A DNA stretch of 64,000 nucleotides from Hormiphora californensis (GCA_020137815.1 CM035354.1:4650001-4714000); one strand, 5' to 3'. Positions 48,844 through 61,039 are shown, counted from the first letter of the stretch. The notes: generated by a model from the letters alone, not told the origin. Made by a program: numbers and translations.

Positions 48844-51476
48844 TTAGTCATCTCCCCTTATATTCTGGTAAAGATGAGCCATACTCTCGCCGTTATGGAT
48901 CCTCCTGATCGCCTCAGCTATCATAATGCTAACATCAATAACCTTCAACTTCTTGCACCTCTCCAGTTTATCCCCCACAGGTACGGTGTTACACACCACT
49001 ATCTGGTCTATCTCCTCGGCCTGCTCCAAGTTCCTCAGGACAACTCCCCGACATGACCCCGTGGGTTACCATCACATGGACCTGGATGGCACCCTCAGCC
49101 TTGAGAAGTCGGGCCGCGTCCAGGAAGGTCCTACTCTCAGTCGATCATGTCATCTACAATGATGGCTATCCTGTTCTTGACATCTCCCACCACCCTGAAT
49201 AGAGGGTTTAACTTTGGGAACTGCGGAGGGGACTGTTCCAGGGTAGTCAAATGTGAAGATTTGAGCGGAAAAGGAGGACTGGGGAGGCGGGGAACTTCGC
49301 CCATCGTCACTGTACTCTTCACCCTCGTTCTTTTCCTGAGAGGTATATTAGAAATTTAGTAGGTAGCTGGTATGGGTTGTATGTTCTTTTAGTTTGAGGA
49401 AAATCAACTTCCAAAATTTCACATTTCCTAACCGCGGCCAATCTACATAACGACGGAATGGGGATGCCTTGTTTAGTAGAGTCGATAACTACATCGACCT
49501 CTCCCAATTGTTCCAGTTTTTGTCACATCTGTTTGGAGCCTCGACACGACCTCTAAACAGGTGTTACTTTTTCACAAACTGTTTTCATCTTGGTGTAATC
49601 AGCAGTTGAAATGTTGTTGATCATAACAAAAACCTGACTAAATTTTTTCAACTTGGGGTAAAACCATGGGTGTCAAAAGTTAGCTCTAGGTCCCCTGAGT
49701 AACCATCCGGAGACTCCAAGAGATATTTCAAGCCGTTCTCCTGTAATCATTAATCCCGGTAGAGCACATATTTGAGTATGGACGTACGTGCAATTGCCTA
49801 CAACCTCAACGTTAATGTATAACGTTAATGTGCGTCTCTCTCTCTTTTCTCCCCCTTGAGAAAGAGTTATCTCGCGCGGCGCAACCGCACGTGCGGTTTT
49901 TCCAGAGAGAGTGAGAGACATACAATAACATGTAAACAGCCTGCCAGCGCTCACGTACGTCCGCATTGTATTTTGTTCTCCACCGGGATTAATGATTACG
50001 GGAGAACGGCTTGAAATATCTCTTAGAGTCTCCGGATGGTTACTCAGGGGACCTAGAGCTAACTTTTGACACCCATGGTTTTACCCCAAGTTGAAAAAAT
50101 TTAGTCAGGTTTTTGTTATGATCAGCAACATTTCAACTGCTGATTACACCAAGATGAAAACAGTTTGTGAAAAAGTAACACCTGTTTAGAGGTCGTGTCG
50201 AGGCTCCAAACAGATGTGACAAAAACTGGAACAATTGGGAGAGGTCGATGTAGTTATCGACTCTACTAGTTATGTTCTAATCATTCAAAACCTAGTGAGA
50301 GAGGGTGAAGGGAGGGTGGATCAAGGTAGAGTTATAGTCTAAAATAACTAACCTCTCCGTGTATAACAGCAATGTCCAGCTGGAGCCGCTCTGCGTAACT
50401 GCTAGCCCTCCTAGTGGCATCAGGGGATTTGGCAATGATGACACCGTTCTGGAAATCAGGTACATTGTCCAGGATGTATTGGATTATAAAGGGGGATGCT
50501 CTCAAGGTTGTCCACGGAACAGTCGAAGAAAGCCTGGATCTCCTTGTGATGTAGATCCATGGTTATCAGATGATTCACTCCTGGGGGAAGAGGTGATATT
50601 ATATAAAGCATGCTAAAGAGGGGACATGAAAATCAAGTTACATATTAGAACAGTTGGTTATATCTAAAATGGTGTCATCATTGTACACCTTATTACCAGC
50701 ATTGCAAAGGAGTTTAGCGACCAGTTTAGCAGTGATACACCCTCTCTTCCTCATTTTACACTGCCTTGAGTAGGGCAGGTAGGGAAGGACTGCTACTATC
50801 TTCCTAGCACTGCTAGTTTTACAGGCGTATATTACAATCAGTAGTTCCATAATGAGGTTATTAATGTTATTGCAGTCACCCGAACTGATAATAAACACCT
50901 CCTTGCTCCTCACGTATTCGTTAATCTGAGGGAGGAAGGAGATTCCAGTGGCATTTTGAGAGGATGGGTTTGTTTATAAAGGAGCAAGGTGGACATGGGT
51001 TGAAAATATGGTTAGTACACAACAACAAAACAGAAAGAGATAGCACAACAAAAGAGAGATGTGTAAAGAGGATACCTTGACTCCGGTTTCGTTTCTCAGA
51101 AACTCAGGATCCGCGAACCCCTTGAGAAAGACAGATTGTAGAAAATTTGCTCTGATCTCGGATCGTGGGTGCATACATAATTCTGTTTGAAGCAAAAAAA
51201 ACAAGATTTGCCACAAACACTCAAGCTCGCAGGGCGTGAAAAATCGGCAGCTTAGCTAATTACTCGAACTCCACTCGTTCCTACCTCTACGTCTGTCTCC
51301 TTGTTAGTGGGATGGGTAATGGCCAGGTCGCCCTTTGTTATCCCGAGAATAGTGCACACCTCGTCAGATAGTTGCGGGTGGGCAGAGCACCCGAACACTA
51401 TCATGGGAGGTCGGAGGGAGCTATTGCTGCCCCCTGAGGTCCGGCTCCTGCCGGCAGATCCGTGACGCATAGGCAT
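48844..51476 (-). CDS. PRPSAP: Phosphoribosyl pyrophosphate synthase-associated protein (PAP39/41-like), 4 exons; the last exon has small indels
   Basis: [42 protein letters not shown], insertion [49 protein letters not shown] and DGRxSPP distinguish PRPSAP from catalytic PRPS. Confidence 0.88.
49474..50268. mobile_element. About 800-bp foldback element in a PRPSAP intron
   Basis: 49474 to about 49760 is a near-perfect reverse complement of about 49985-50268 (TAGTAGAGTCGATAACTACATCGACC ends). Confidence 0.88.
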
Positions 51477-51703
51477 CTAGACAGAGGGAGGGGGTAGTAA
51501 CAGAGGGTGGAAAATGGTGTGGGATTGTACACGGATTAAAATAGCTCAGTTGAAAACGCAAAGCGAATTGAATAAACAAACAGTAATTGGTAGCAACTAT
51601 TTGCTGAGAATTCTTATATAGAGTATTCAGTCCATTTAAAAGGACTCAAAATCAAAAAGCCCCTCTATTGCAGTTTATAATTGGGGGTAAATAGTTTTGT
51701 TGC

Positions 51704-52289
51704 CTATGAAAGACGGGACACAATTTTGTTGGGTATGGAAGGTTTTCGGTTTCGCAGGATGTCGACTGATGCGGGTTCCAGGGTGGGAGCATTGGGACGA
51801 TTACGGCCCAGAGCATGATCACCGGAGTCGAAGTATTGCTTACCACCCTAAGGGAGAAGTAAGGTGTTATGGCTGATAATAAATGTGATAATAAAAGTGT
51901 TTGTCTAACTTGCCCCCATCATGCGTGTCCTCATAGCTTCTGTAGATTTCTTTTTGATGTTACCGTACTTGGAAACAGCCTTTAGCTGATCGTCTGCAAT
52001 AGCTTTCGCCTGAAAACGAGCAGTTAAAGTCGTGAGGGGGAGAGCGTTCCCGAAACTAGGAGCAGTTAGAGCGATGTTCTAATGAAACAACACGCTTCTA
52101 AAGTTTAGTACTCACCAGTACATCATCGGTAGGGGCACTGCTCGCAGGAGCTACATTTTGTGCTTGGATTTGGGGTACTTCACCCTGAGGAAAACGAAAA
52201 ATTGAGGCTTAAATTATGATTTGATATGAATGCGTATTACTCACTTCAGCTGGGGATATCTTAGTTTCGTTGTCTTGGCACGAGGCCAT
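51704..52289 (-). CDS. ENSA: Alpha-endosulfine / ARPP-19 family PP2A-B55 inhibitor, 4 short exons (not in the ORF track)
   Basis: Spliced MASCQDNETKISPAE / GEVPQ... / AKAIADDQLKAVSKYGNIKKKS... / GGKQYFDSGDHAL...RNRKPS. FDSGD is the Greatwall site and RKPS the PKA site. Confidence 0.88.
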
Positions 52290-52638
52290 TTTAAACAGCC
52301 ACGAGGATTAGTTTTGTGTCTTGTTTCTTCAAAAATTAGCCAAAAATCGGTATCCAGTTTTTAAATTTTGAAGTTTCGGGCCGTTTTTTCGAAACTTCAA
52401 ATTTTGAAATTTGGATTGAATTCCAATTAGCGCCGCGCATTTAAATTTTTCTACGCTGCGTGTTGCGCCGCGCGATGTAAAAATCAAAAACCTGAAGCAA
52501 GCTGAGTTGCGATTTTTGTTTTCAAAGCAAATTTGTCAAAGACGAACCTTTTCTTTGCCCCAAACCCTTCAAAAACAAGCGGTTGCCGGTTTTCTTCAGT
52601 TTTTCTAATTTTGAGGCTTTAGGGAATGCGGAGGAATA

Positions 52639-54062
52639 GGGATCCCTAAAAAAGTTCAGTATTTACACAGAGTTTACACCAGTTAAGCCACTTCATCACT
52701 TTCATCAACTACAACGTAAAACTATTTATTGAGCAGGAAGATGAATCTGATGTAACAGCCCCAAAGGGCAGGAAGACGAAACGCTGTTAATGTCGGAAAC
52801 GAAGTACGAGGGTGATAACCCTATGATAAAACAATTGAAAGAGACAGTAGATAACTTTGTTTCTGAAGTTTACCGGTTGAATTCGACGGATGATCCCAAC
52901 ACGATGAGTATCACCCTAGATCAGTTTAATCAATGTTATAAACAGATCCAAACTGCACCTGATTCAACGTTAACCAACGACAAATTAGCTTCGCCTTGCA
53001 AGCACTGGGGTTCGTACTTTAGACATTGTCTCAAGGACCGAACTACGAGTGAAATGATTAAGGCTACTTCGCGTATTTTTCTCTCCAGTATGAAACTTGC
53101 CCGAGCAACAATGAACAATTTTAAAACTGTTATCAGTGTGGAAAACCTCGAGAAGCAGCTGCGTGAATGCAAAGAAGAACTTGACCGTCATCGGGTTAGC
53201 GTGATCGAGCTTCAGCAAACGGTTATCAACCAACAGAACCAACAACTCAGTACAGTGACAGCATCGGTGCAGAAGGTGAAAGCCTACTCTACTGTTCTTG
53301 CACAGAATTGTGCTGCAACCTCCCCCAAATTGGGAAAACTGCCACCTTTACATCACCCTACTCCCGTCCAACAGCCCGGAAGAGAGAAGAACCTGGTTGT
53401 GTTTGGTCTTCCAGAAACAACGGATAGAGTAGCTAAAACTACTTTGGACGAACTGTTTGAGGAATTGCAAGAGAAACCAAAGGTGACAACGACGAAACGC
53501 ATCGGGGAAAGAAACGAGAAGCGCCCTAGACCGCTCTTAGTATCACTGGAGAAGAGATCGACTCTCCTGGCGCTGCTCAAAAAGGCACGAAACCTCAAGG
53601 ACTCCAAACAGTTTTCGGCTGTTTATCTCTCTCCGGACCTAACGCCCTCTGAACTGAAGGAGCAAAAAGCTCTCAGGTCCACTTTGAAACGGTTACGATT
53701 AGAAGATCCAGACGGCTGTTATTTCATCCGCAATAATGTTATCCAAGTGGGATAGTTCCCTACAAATTAACTATTTATTTATGCTCTTGTTTTGTATCTG
53801 TACCACTTTTGAAAGTGAGGAGTGTGTAGAGCGTTGGCTAGTAGTGCATGCTCCAATATTTTACACTATAAAGTGGTATATATAAATGAATATATTACAT
53901 TTACATTTACATTTACATTTCAGTTTTTCCCACGGTAGCGTGGGAAGAAAAATTTCGAAATCTGCGCTGTGATTGGCTAAAATTTTTCTTCGTCAGAAAT
54001 TTCAGCCAATCACAGCACACGCTGTAAACGCTGTGTAAATACTGAACTTTTTTAGGGATCCC
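52639..54062. mobile_element. TA-flanked TIR element that encloses an ORF1-only retroelement
   Basis: GGGATCCCTAAAAAAGTTCAGTATTTACACAG(a/c)GTTTACA at 52639 is inverted at about 54023-54062, with TA on both sides. Confidence 0.8.
52790..53755 (+). mobile_element. LINE ORF1-like ORF (321 aa) of a second ORF1-only retroelement, about 52680-53920
   Basis: Coiled coil, then REKNLVVFGLPE...KRIG...RPRPLLVSL...VYLSPDLTPSE. Homologous to 20401-21396. The 3' end has a (TTACAT)n tail at about 53894-53920, and no ORF2 follows. Confidence 0.78.
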
Positions 54063-54255
54063 TATAGTGTGTAAGCGAATTTTCAATATTCAAACGTTTA
54101 GCGGCTATATTTTACTAAATTACCGTCGTCGCCTTTCGCCTGTATTGTAACTTTCCTACTTCCTAGAGAGACTGACACCATTTATGTTTTGTAATTAAGT
54201 TATTTTATCAAGTTCTTATCCAGTATCCTTAATCACAACTTTCAACCTTTAGATC

Positions 54256-55077
54256 ATGTTAAGGTTTGCAGGAATCCAGCTAAAGCCCGGTGCCGATAAG
54301 CTGAAAAACCTTGCCCAAGCATCTGAGCTGGCTGTGAAAGCTGTTGCAAACGGTGCAAATTTAATCTCATTTCCAGAGTGTTTTAATTCCCCCTACGGGA
54401 ACCAATTCTTTGCAGAATACGCAGAGCCCATCCCTGATGGCCAAACCTCAAAGCACCTGAGTCAGCTTGCCAAAGAACAAAAAGTTCATATAATTGGAGG
54501 ATCAATCCCTGAGAAAGATGGTTCTAGTTTGTTTAACACCTCCCTCGTGTTTAACCCTGCAGGAGAGATCATTGCAAAACACCGGAAAATGCATCTTTTC
54601 GACATTGACATCCCAGGGAAGATTAGATTCCAGGAATCAGAAACTCTGTCTCCGGGAAACTCCGTTACAACGTTTGATTGTAATGGGTTTACAGTTGGGG
54701 TCGCCATCTGCTATGATATTAGATTCCCAGAGCTAGCACAACTGATGAGACTGAAAGGTGCTGATTTTCTGGTTTATCCCGGAGCATTCAACATGACTAC
54801 CGGACCTGTATATTTCGAGCTCCTGACCCGAGCTCGAGCGGTGGATAACCAGGTTTATTGTGCCAGTATTGCCCCCGCTACCGACCAAGAGGCAGGGTAT
54901 GTGTCCTGGGGTCACTCTGTCGTTGTAGCACCCACTGGGCAGGTGGTGGATTCTGCGGGACACGAGGAGAAGACAATATACTGTGATGTGAAGAAAGAGG
55001 ATATCCAGGCTGTCAGGGAGGGGATTCCTACTTGGAAGCAGAAGAGAGATGATGTTTATAAACTTACTGAAGCTTAG
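54256..55077 (+). CDS. NIT2: Omega-amidase NIT2 (nitrilase family), intronless
   Basis: FPECFNSPYG, KHRKMHLFDIDIPGKIRFQES, ICYDIRFPE, YPGAFNMTTGP, RARAVDNQVY: Glu-Lys-Cys triad present. Confidence 0.95.
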   Translation: MLRFAGIQLKPGADKLKNLAQASELAVKAVANGANLISFPECFNSPYGNQFFAEYAEPIPDGQTSKHLSQLAKEQKVHIIGGSIPEKDGSSLFNTSLVFNPAGEIIAKHRKMHLFDIDIPGKIRFQESETLSPGNSVTTFDCNGFTVGVAICYDIRFPELAQLMRLKGADFLVYPGAFNMTTGPVYFELLTRARAVDNQVYCASIAPATDQEAGYVSWGHSVVVAPTGQVVDSAGHEEKTIYCDVKKEDIQAVREGIPTWKQKRDDVYKLTEA

Positions 55078-55246
55078 TTGGGTTTTTGTCCATGTCTTTT
55101 ACTGTGAGTGTTTTTTGTGTAAAATTTGTTATTCAGTTCTTTTCTTTTTAAAGTTGTCTCCTCTTTAACTGCCTTGTTATTGATATTTTAACCCCTGCCT
55201 GTATCTTCAACACTTCCATCTGTAACTCCTCAATTTCCACTTCTAG

Positions 55247-56242
55247 ATGTTGCTGGCTCGGTCGTTGCGCCTGACCACCAACTACCATTTCATAAGATGC
55301 CTCCAAACACCTTCCTCCGAACTTCTTATTGATACTGCCGCTATATCTGATACTACCGCTATATCCGATACTGCCACTGTAGTGGGTTCCATATCCGATA
55401 GTGCTGCAGTCAGCACTCTGTCCGGAACCTCACCCCTTGGGGCTGTAGCTGAGATGTCAGGTGATGTGATAGCAGGTGTGACGACCCTCCCAACTGGAGG
55501 CGCTCTAAACATTGTCAATCACTACCAACACCTGTTGGACATGGTCCAGACTACAACTGGGCTGCCCTGGTGGGCGGTACTCTTTGGGACTGGGGTCGCT
55601 CTCAGGACCAGTCAGATAGCGATTGATGTCGGGTGTTTTAAGTACAACTATAAGTTGGAACCATTATTCGACAGAACTGATGAGATACGTAATGAGATAA
55701 TGAAGGCTAAGGCTAAGGGTGATCAAGCGAAGGTAATGGTTAAAAAGAAGGAGCTGCAGTTGTTCAGAAAACAAAATAAGATGACCTTGAAGGATAATCC
55801 TTTGATTCGGTTCGTGCTTACAAAATTTGCTGTTATAATATTGAATTTCGCCGCGGTTGGAGGTCTCGCTGTGATGCCATACCAGCCCTTCCTAGACTGC
55901 TCACTTCTCTGGCTTCCCAACCTGACTGTCCCAGATCCAACATTCATCCTTCCCATTATGAACACTGCTTTGATTGGTTATAAAATTGGTGTAGAGTCAG
56001 CAGGGTTTGGTGTAGAGGCAGCAGGGTTTTTTGGGAACCCCAAAGTGATATGTGGTCTTGTCATGGTAACTGCAGTAACCCAGGTTCTCTTTCCCTCCGG
56101 TCTGGTGGTCTACTGGTTTGCATCTAATTTGGCTGATGCCCTAATCTTCATGCCATTGTTGAAGAACGATGGATTCAGGAGAGCGGTGGGCCTGCCCACT
56201 ATAGAGGAACGAGCTGAGATAATGAAGAACAGGAAGAAATGA
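55247..56242 (+). CDS. OXA1L: Oxa1/YidC-family mitochondrial inner-membrane insertase, copy 1
   Basis: Transit-like N-terminus, TGLPWWAVL...LR, LWLPNLTVPDPTFILPI, FPSGLVVYWFASN. COX18 cannot be fully excluded. Confidence 0.85.
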   Translation: MLLARSLRLTTNYHFIRCLQTPSSELLIDTAAISDTTAISDTATVVGSISDSAAVSTLSGTSPLGAVAEMSGDVIAGVTTLPTGGALNIVNHYQHLLDMVQTTTGLPWWAVLFGTGVALRTSQIAIDVGCFKYNYKLEPLFDRTDEIRNEIMKAKAKGDQAKVMVKKKELQLFRKQNKMTLKDNPLIRFVLTKFAVIILNFAAVGGLAVMPYQPFLDCSLLWLPNLTVPDPTFILPIMNTALIGYKIGVESAGFGVEAAGFFGNPKVICGLVMVTAVTQVLFPSGLVVYWFASNLADALIFMPLLKNDGFRRAVGLPTIEERAEIMKNRKK

Positions 56243-56510
56243 TAATTTGTCAAAAAAAGTCAAGTGGTGTGTTTCTCGCAATCACTGCGTAAGCCGGCGG
56301 TGCTTATCTCCGATTCAAGCTCTAAGCCACTCCGTACTATGGTACTAAACTAACAGTAAGGGGGCCAGCCCTACGTGCAGTTTTGTATTAGATCTAATTT
56401 ATTGCTTTTTTATGGAACGTTTTACTTTGAACATTTTGTTTTCTTCTGATTGTTAATACCTCTAACTCTCTTACCCCTAAATTCACTCCGTCGCCCCCCC
56501 CCCCCTTATA

Positions 56511-59500
56511 CAGGGTGTTCATATGGGATCTTTACAAGCGTTGGGCTACACCCAGAAAAAAGTTGACAAGATTAGGTCATGAAACTTCATACTTGGCCTA
56601 TTATATACCCTCATTCAAGGTTCCTGGGGGTTTGGAGCTCTAGCACCCCCAGAAGTGTGTTTTTGGCATCAAAACTACCAGAAGGAATTTTTTTGTTGGT
56701 GCTGAGACTTTGCTAAAACAATTTTTGGTATTTTCTATGTCAATTTCTCTGTATATTGCCCTCAGAAGGATGATCCTGTATGCTGCTTTTGTGCTGGCAC
56801 ACATCAGACGAAGGATTGTAGAGCGAAGAAGAACAATGAAACAGGCAAGATGAAGTGTGTGAATTGTGAAGTTGGAGGATCACGAGAGGACAAGAAGTAT
56901 GCGAAGACCCACACGGCTTCAAGTATGTGGTGCCCTTCGTACATTAACGAGCGAGCACGGCTAATGGAGAGGACTTCAGGTGTGAGCAAAGAGAAAAAAA
57001 ACATGTACTGGACGAGGACCAAAGAGGAACTACTCAGGAAAAGACTTGGAAGATTGGGACACTAAATGTTCGCTCTCTTGTTAATAAAACTGGAGGTGTT
57101 ATTTCTCATCTGGAAGAAGAGGATTGTGATATCTGTCTCGTACAGGAAACCTTTTTGAAGTCTACGGATACTGGGAAACTCCAGGAGATTAGGGATAATG
57201 GATGGGATATTTTATCATGTCCACGAGGAGACAGAGGAGGTGGAGGAATAGGAATTCTTTTTCGGGACGGTATAGTCCTTCGACAGTGCCCAGTGAAGAC
57301 AAAGTTTAAGTCTTTTCAAGTGCAGGAGGTTCTCATCAGTGACAGAGATCAACCAAAGAGACTCTGTAATGTTTATCGTCCACCATACACAACTAAGTCA
57401 AGACTCACAGAGGCTACATTCCTATCTGAGTTCGGAGACTATCTTTCAGAACTTGTTATGAAGCAAGGTACTCCAATTATAGCAGGGGATCTGAACTTTC
57501 AGGTGCAGGACAAGAACAACTTCTACTCGAGGAAACTATTGGAGCTTCTAGATTCATTTGACCTTCAGCAAAGAGTACCACTATTGCCTACTCACCAACT
57601 TGGTGGAACCTTAGACCTGGTGATAACTACAAGGGAAACCAATCTAGGAGATTTAACAATTTGTCCTAATGGTACTACTTCGGACCACTTCCTGGTACAG
57701 TTTGGGCTTGAAGTGAGACAGGACCTGTCAAACTCTTGTATGCGGAAATCAATGTTTCGAGAATACATGGACTACAAGTCAATGGACAAGGAAGGATTCA
57801 GAGAGGACCTCCAGAAAGCGGAATTTGAACCAGGCCGGGATCCAGAGGAGAGTATTGTAAACTTCTATCGTTGGTTGGAAAGTGTAGTGGAAAGGCGAGT
57901 TCCGAGGAAACGGGTGAGGACAGGGAAAAAGTTTAAACCGTGGAGAGATGAGGAACTAAGAGGAATACTACGTAAGAGGAGGAGTGCGGAACGATACTGG
58001 AGGAAGCATGGAACTGAGGAAGCGAAACGGAGATTCAATGATTTGAAGAAGCTCTATGGAAACATGGACAAGGAAAAGAGAGCAGCTTTTGTTAAAGAGG
58101 ACTTGGATGCGGCAAAAGGGGACCCGAAGAAGCTACAAAGAAAGTTACAGAAACTCCTGGGAAAAGCGGAAACTATTCTTCCTGAGACTACCAACAACAA
58201 GAACCTGGCTGATGATTTTTCAAAGTTCTTTAGTTCAAAGGTGACCAAAATTCGGACCCAAGTCAATGAGGAGCAGCAGCAGGCTGGCGATTTTGTGGAA
58301 TCTGGAAAATCCTGTCATACAACATGGAATGAATTCAAAGAGATATCTGAGGAGGAACTTGTTTCATTAGTGAAATCGATGTCCAGCAAGCACTGTGACC
58401 TGGACCCGTTGCCCACTTGGGTGGTAAAGGAGTGTATAAGTGATCTGGCTCCTGCATTAACATCAATAGTCAATCAGTCTCTACATCAGTCTTCGGTCGC
58501 AGAATCTCTCCAGGAGGCACTTGTCTTTCCTACCATCAAGAATATGTATGGAGATCGTGAAGCTCTCAGCAACTATCGTCCTGTTTCGAACATCCCATTT
58601 CTGTCTAAGCTTCTTGAGAAGGTAGTTCTCACGCAACTCAATGACTACCTGGATCGCAACTCTCTTTTGGGCAAACATCAGTCTGGCTATCGTGTTGGTC
58701 ACAGTTGTGAAACGCTATTGGCAAGCATGTTCGATGACATTCTAGGGGAAATGGATAAAGGAAACGTAGTAGCTCTTATCTGTCTAGATATGAGTGCTGC
58801 TTTTGATACGGTTGACCATGGAAAGTTGTTGGAGGTGTTGCAGAAACGGTTTGGAGTGGATGGTGAACCTCTCCGATGGTTTAAAAGCTATTTGAGTTCC
58901 AGATCTTTTAGAGTTTCGGTCGGTGATTGCCTTTCGGAAACCCTTGCTTTACTTTGTGGAGTCCCTCAAGGGTCCCTCCTTGGTCCTATTTTGTTCCTAC
59001 TCTACATCGAGGCTGTACAAGATATTGTGGAGCCATATGGACTCCGGATAAAGTTATATGCAGATGATTCCCAGCTCTACGTGAGTCTGGTTCCTACGGA
59101 TGCTGCTGGCTGGGTTGAGGCAAAGGTGGATATTGAGGAGTGTCTGGCGAAGGTGAAGAGGTGGATGGTAGGGCAGTGGTTGAAGTGTAATGAGGCCAAA
59201 ACGGAATTCATCCTGCTTGGAAAGCGCAGTTCTCTAAGCAAAGTCTCTTTTGATCCAGTTATTAACTTTGGAGGAACGGAAATCTCCCCCAGTGAATGTA
59301 GTGGAACAGATGGTAAAACCCTGGGAATTCTCTTGGATCATAACCTTGGCCTTGAACGACAGGTTAACAATGTGAGGAAACAGTGTGGACTGATGTTACG
59401 AAACCTTTGGCAACTGCACAGGTGTTTTGATATCCCAACAAAGATAATGTTGGTCAAACAGTTGATTTTATCGAGGATAGACTACAGTAACATTCTGTAT

Positions 59501-60739
59501 TGTGGACTTCCTGGTCGAGTTCTCAGTGGGCTCCAGAAGCTTCTCAATGCCTGTGTTCGTTTTGTATTTAACCTCCACGGACACCAGGACAACTACATGG
59601 AGTATTTCAGGCAATGTCATATTTTACCGATCTCCTACAGGTTGGACTTCAAAGCATGTTTGATTGCCTACAAAATAGTCAATGGAACAGCCCCGTGTTA
59701 TCTCCAGGATTTGGTGCCACGTGATGAGACTTGGGGAACCTCTAGGACAACGAGGATGACTAATGTTCCGGATCCCTATAGGTTAAAACATCCAAAGATG
59801 ACCAGTATCAATGCCAACTCTAAGTTGAGACGTAGGAGGTTATCAGTATTCCTGCCCTCTGTCTGGAATGAGCTTCCTCTTGAGCTCAGGTCAATCCCCA
59901 ATGTGGATACTTTCAAAACCCGGCTGAAAACACATCTCTTCGTTGGTGCATTTGGAGTGGGTGATGGGGAACCCATGGCTGAGTTGTAATGTTTGTTGTA
60001 GTTGTGGGGCCTGCGGGCAATCAGTGTCATCCTCTCTCTAGCCATGTTATTAATTCATTACCTAGTATCCTTTTTTCGAGCAGGTGTGAGTATAGTGTGT
60101 TTTAATTTATATCTACAGGATTATGGGACCAGTTATTCCCTCAGTTTTATAAGTCAAGTTTATTTAGTCGTCTATATATTGTTTTTCAACCAGAGCTGTT
60201 CGAGTGTGTCATATAAGTAGTCGAGGATATACCGCTCTGATGATTCGGCGGAACATCGTCAATATTTTGACATGTCTCTGTCGGGTATGGGCGGTATATA
60301 AGCGCGGAATATTATTATTATTATTATTATTAATTCCAAAGTTTCATGATGATTGCTTGGATGTGTGGTTCAGTCACCAAGTTCCAAATAAACTGGCTGG
60401 AAAGGCCCAAAAACAGCAAAAATATATATTTTAGAGTTTTTTAGACACTTTTTTCGAAATTTCTACTTCATAAAACACATCCAATCATCACGAAACTTTG
60501 GAATTGACATAGAAAATACCCAAAAAAACATTCTAGCAATGTCTCAGCGCCAGCAAAAATTCCTTCTGGTAGTTTTGATGCCAAAAACACACTTCCGGGG
60601 GTGCTAGAGCTCCAAAACCCCCAGGAACTTTGAATGAGAGTATAGAATAGTCCAAGTATGAAGTTTCATGACCTAATCTTGTCAACTTTTTTCTGGGTGT
60701 AGCCCAACGCTTGTAAAGATCCCATATATGAACACCCTG
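56511..60739. mobile_element. Tc1/mariner-type foldback MITE (CAGGGTG ends) interrupted by a LINE
   Basis: CAGGGTGTTCATATGGGATC at 56511 is inverted at 60739. An uninterrupted copy lies at 62585-63216. Confidence 0.85.
56746..60331 (+). mobile_element. 5'-truncated non-LTR retrotransposon (CR1/L2-group-like): zinc-knuckle ORF1 remnant plus intact APE-RT ORF2
   Basis: ORF1 tail CCFCAGTHQTKDC and CVNC...H...C. ORF2 is open from 56948 to 59989 with LNVRS, QET, GDLNF, TLDLV, SDH, YRPVSN, DMSAAFDTVDH, GVPQGS, YADD, FKTRLKTHLF. (ATT)n tail at 60311-60331 and AATT duplicated at both ends. Confidence 0.93.
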
Positions 60740-60780
60740 TGTACCTCTAATTCTCCTATAATACCCCTAACTTCACTCCG

Positions 60781-61039
60781 GCTCCTGACCCGGGCCCGAG
60801 CGGTGGATAACCAGGTTTATTGTGCCAGTATTGCCCCAGCTACCGACCAAGAGGCAGGGTATGTGTCCTGGGGTCACTCTGTCGTTGTAGCACCCACTGG
60901 GCAGGTGGTGGATTCTGCGGGACACGAGGAGAAGACAATATACTGTGATGTAAAGAAAGAGGATATCCAGGCTGTCAGGGAGGGGATTCCTACTTGGAAG
61001 CAGAAGAGAGATGATGTTTATAAACTTACTGAAGATTAG
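60781..61039 (+). pseudogene. NIT2: Duplicated 3' third of NIT2
   Basis: Near-identical to 54819-55077 and lacks the 5' catalytic part. Confidence 0.9.

Noticed and set aside
56280-56385. Segment with GGCGGTGCTTATCTCCG (copy at about 62350-62445) reminiscent of Vingi/SINE-type sequence
   Set aside because: The resemblance is from memory of a short motif only; no A/B boxes, tail or TSD could be defined.
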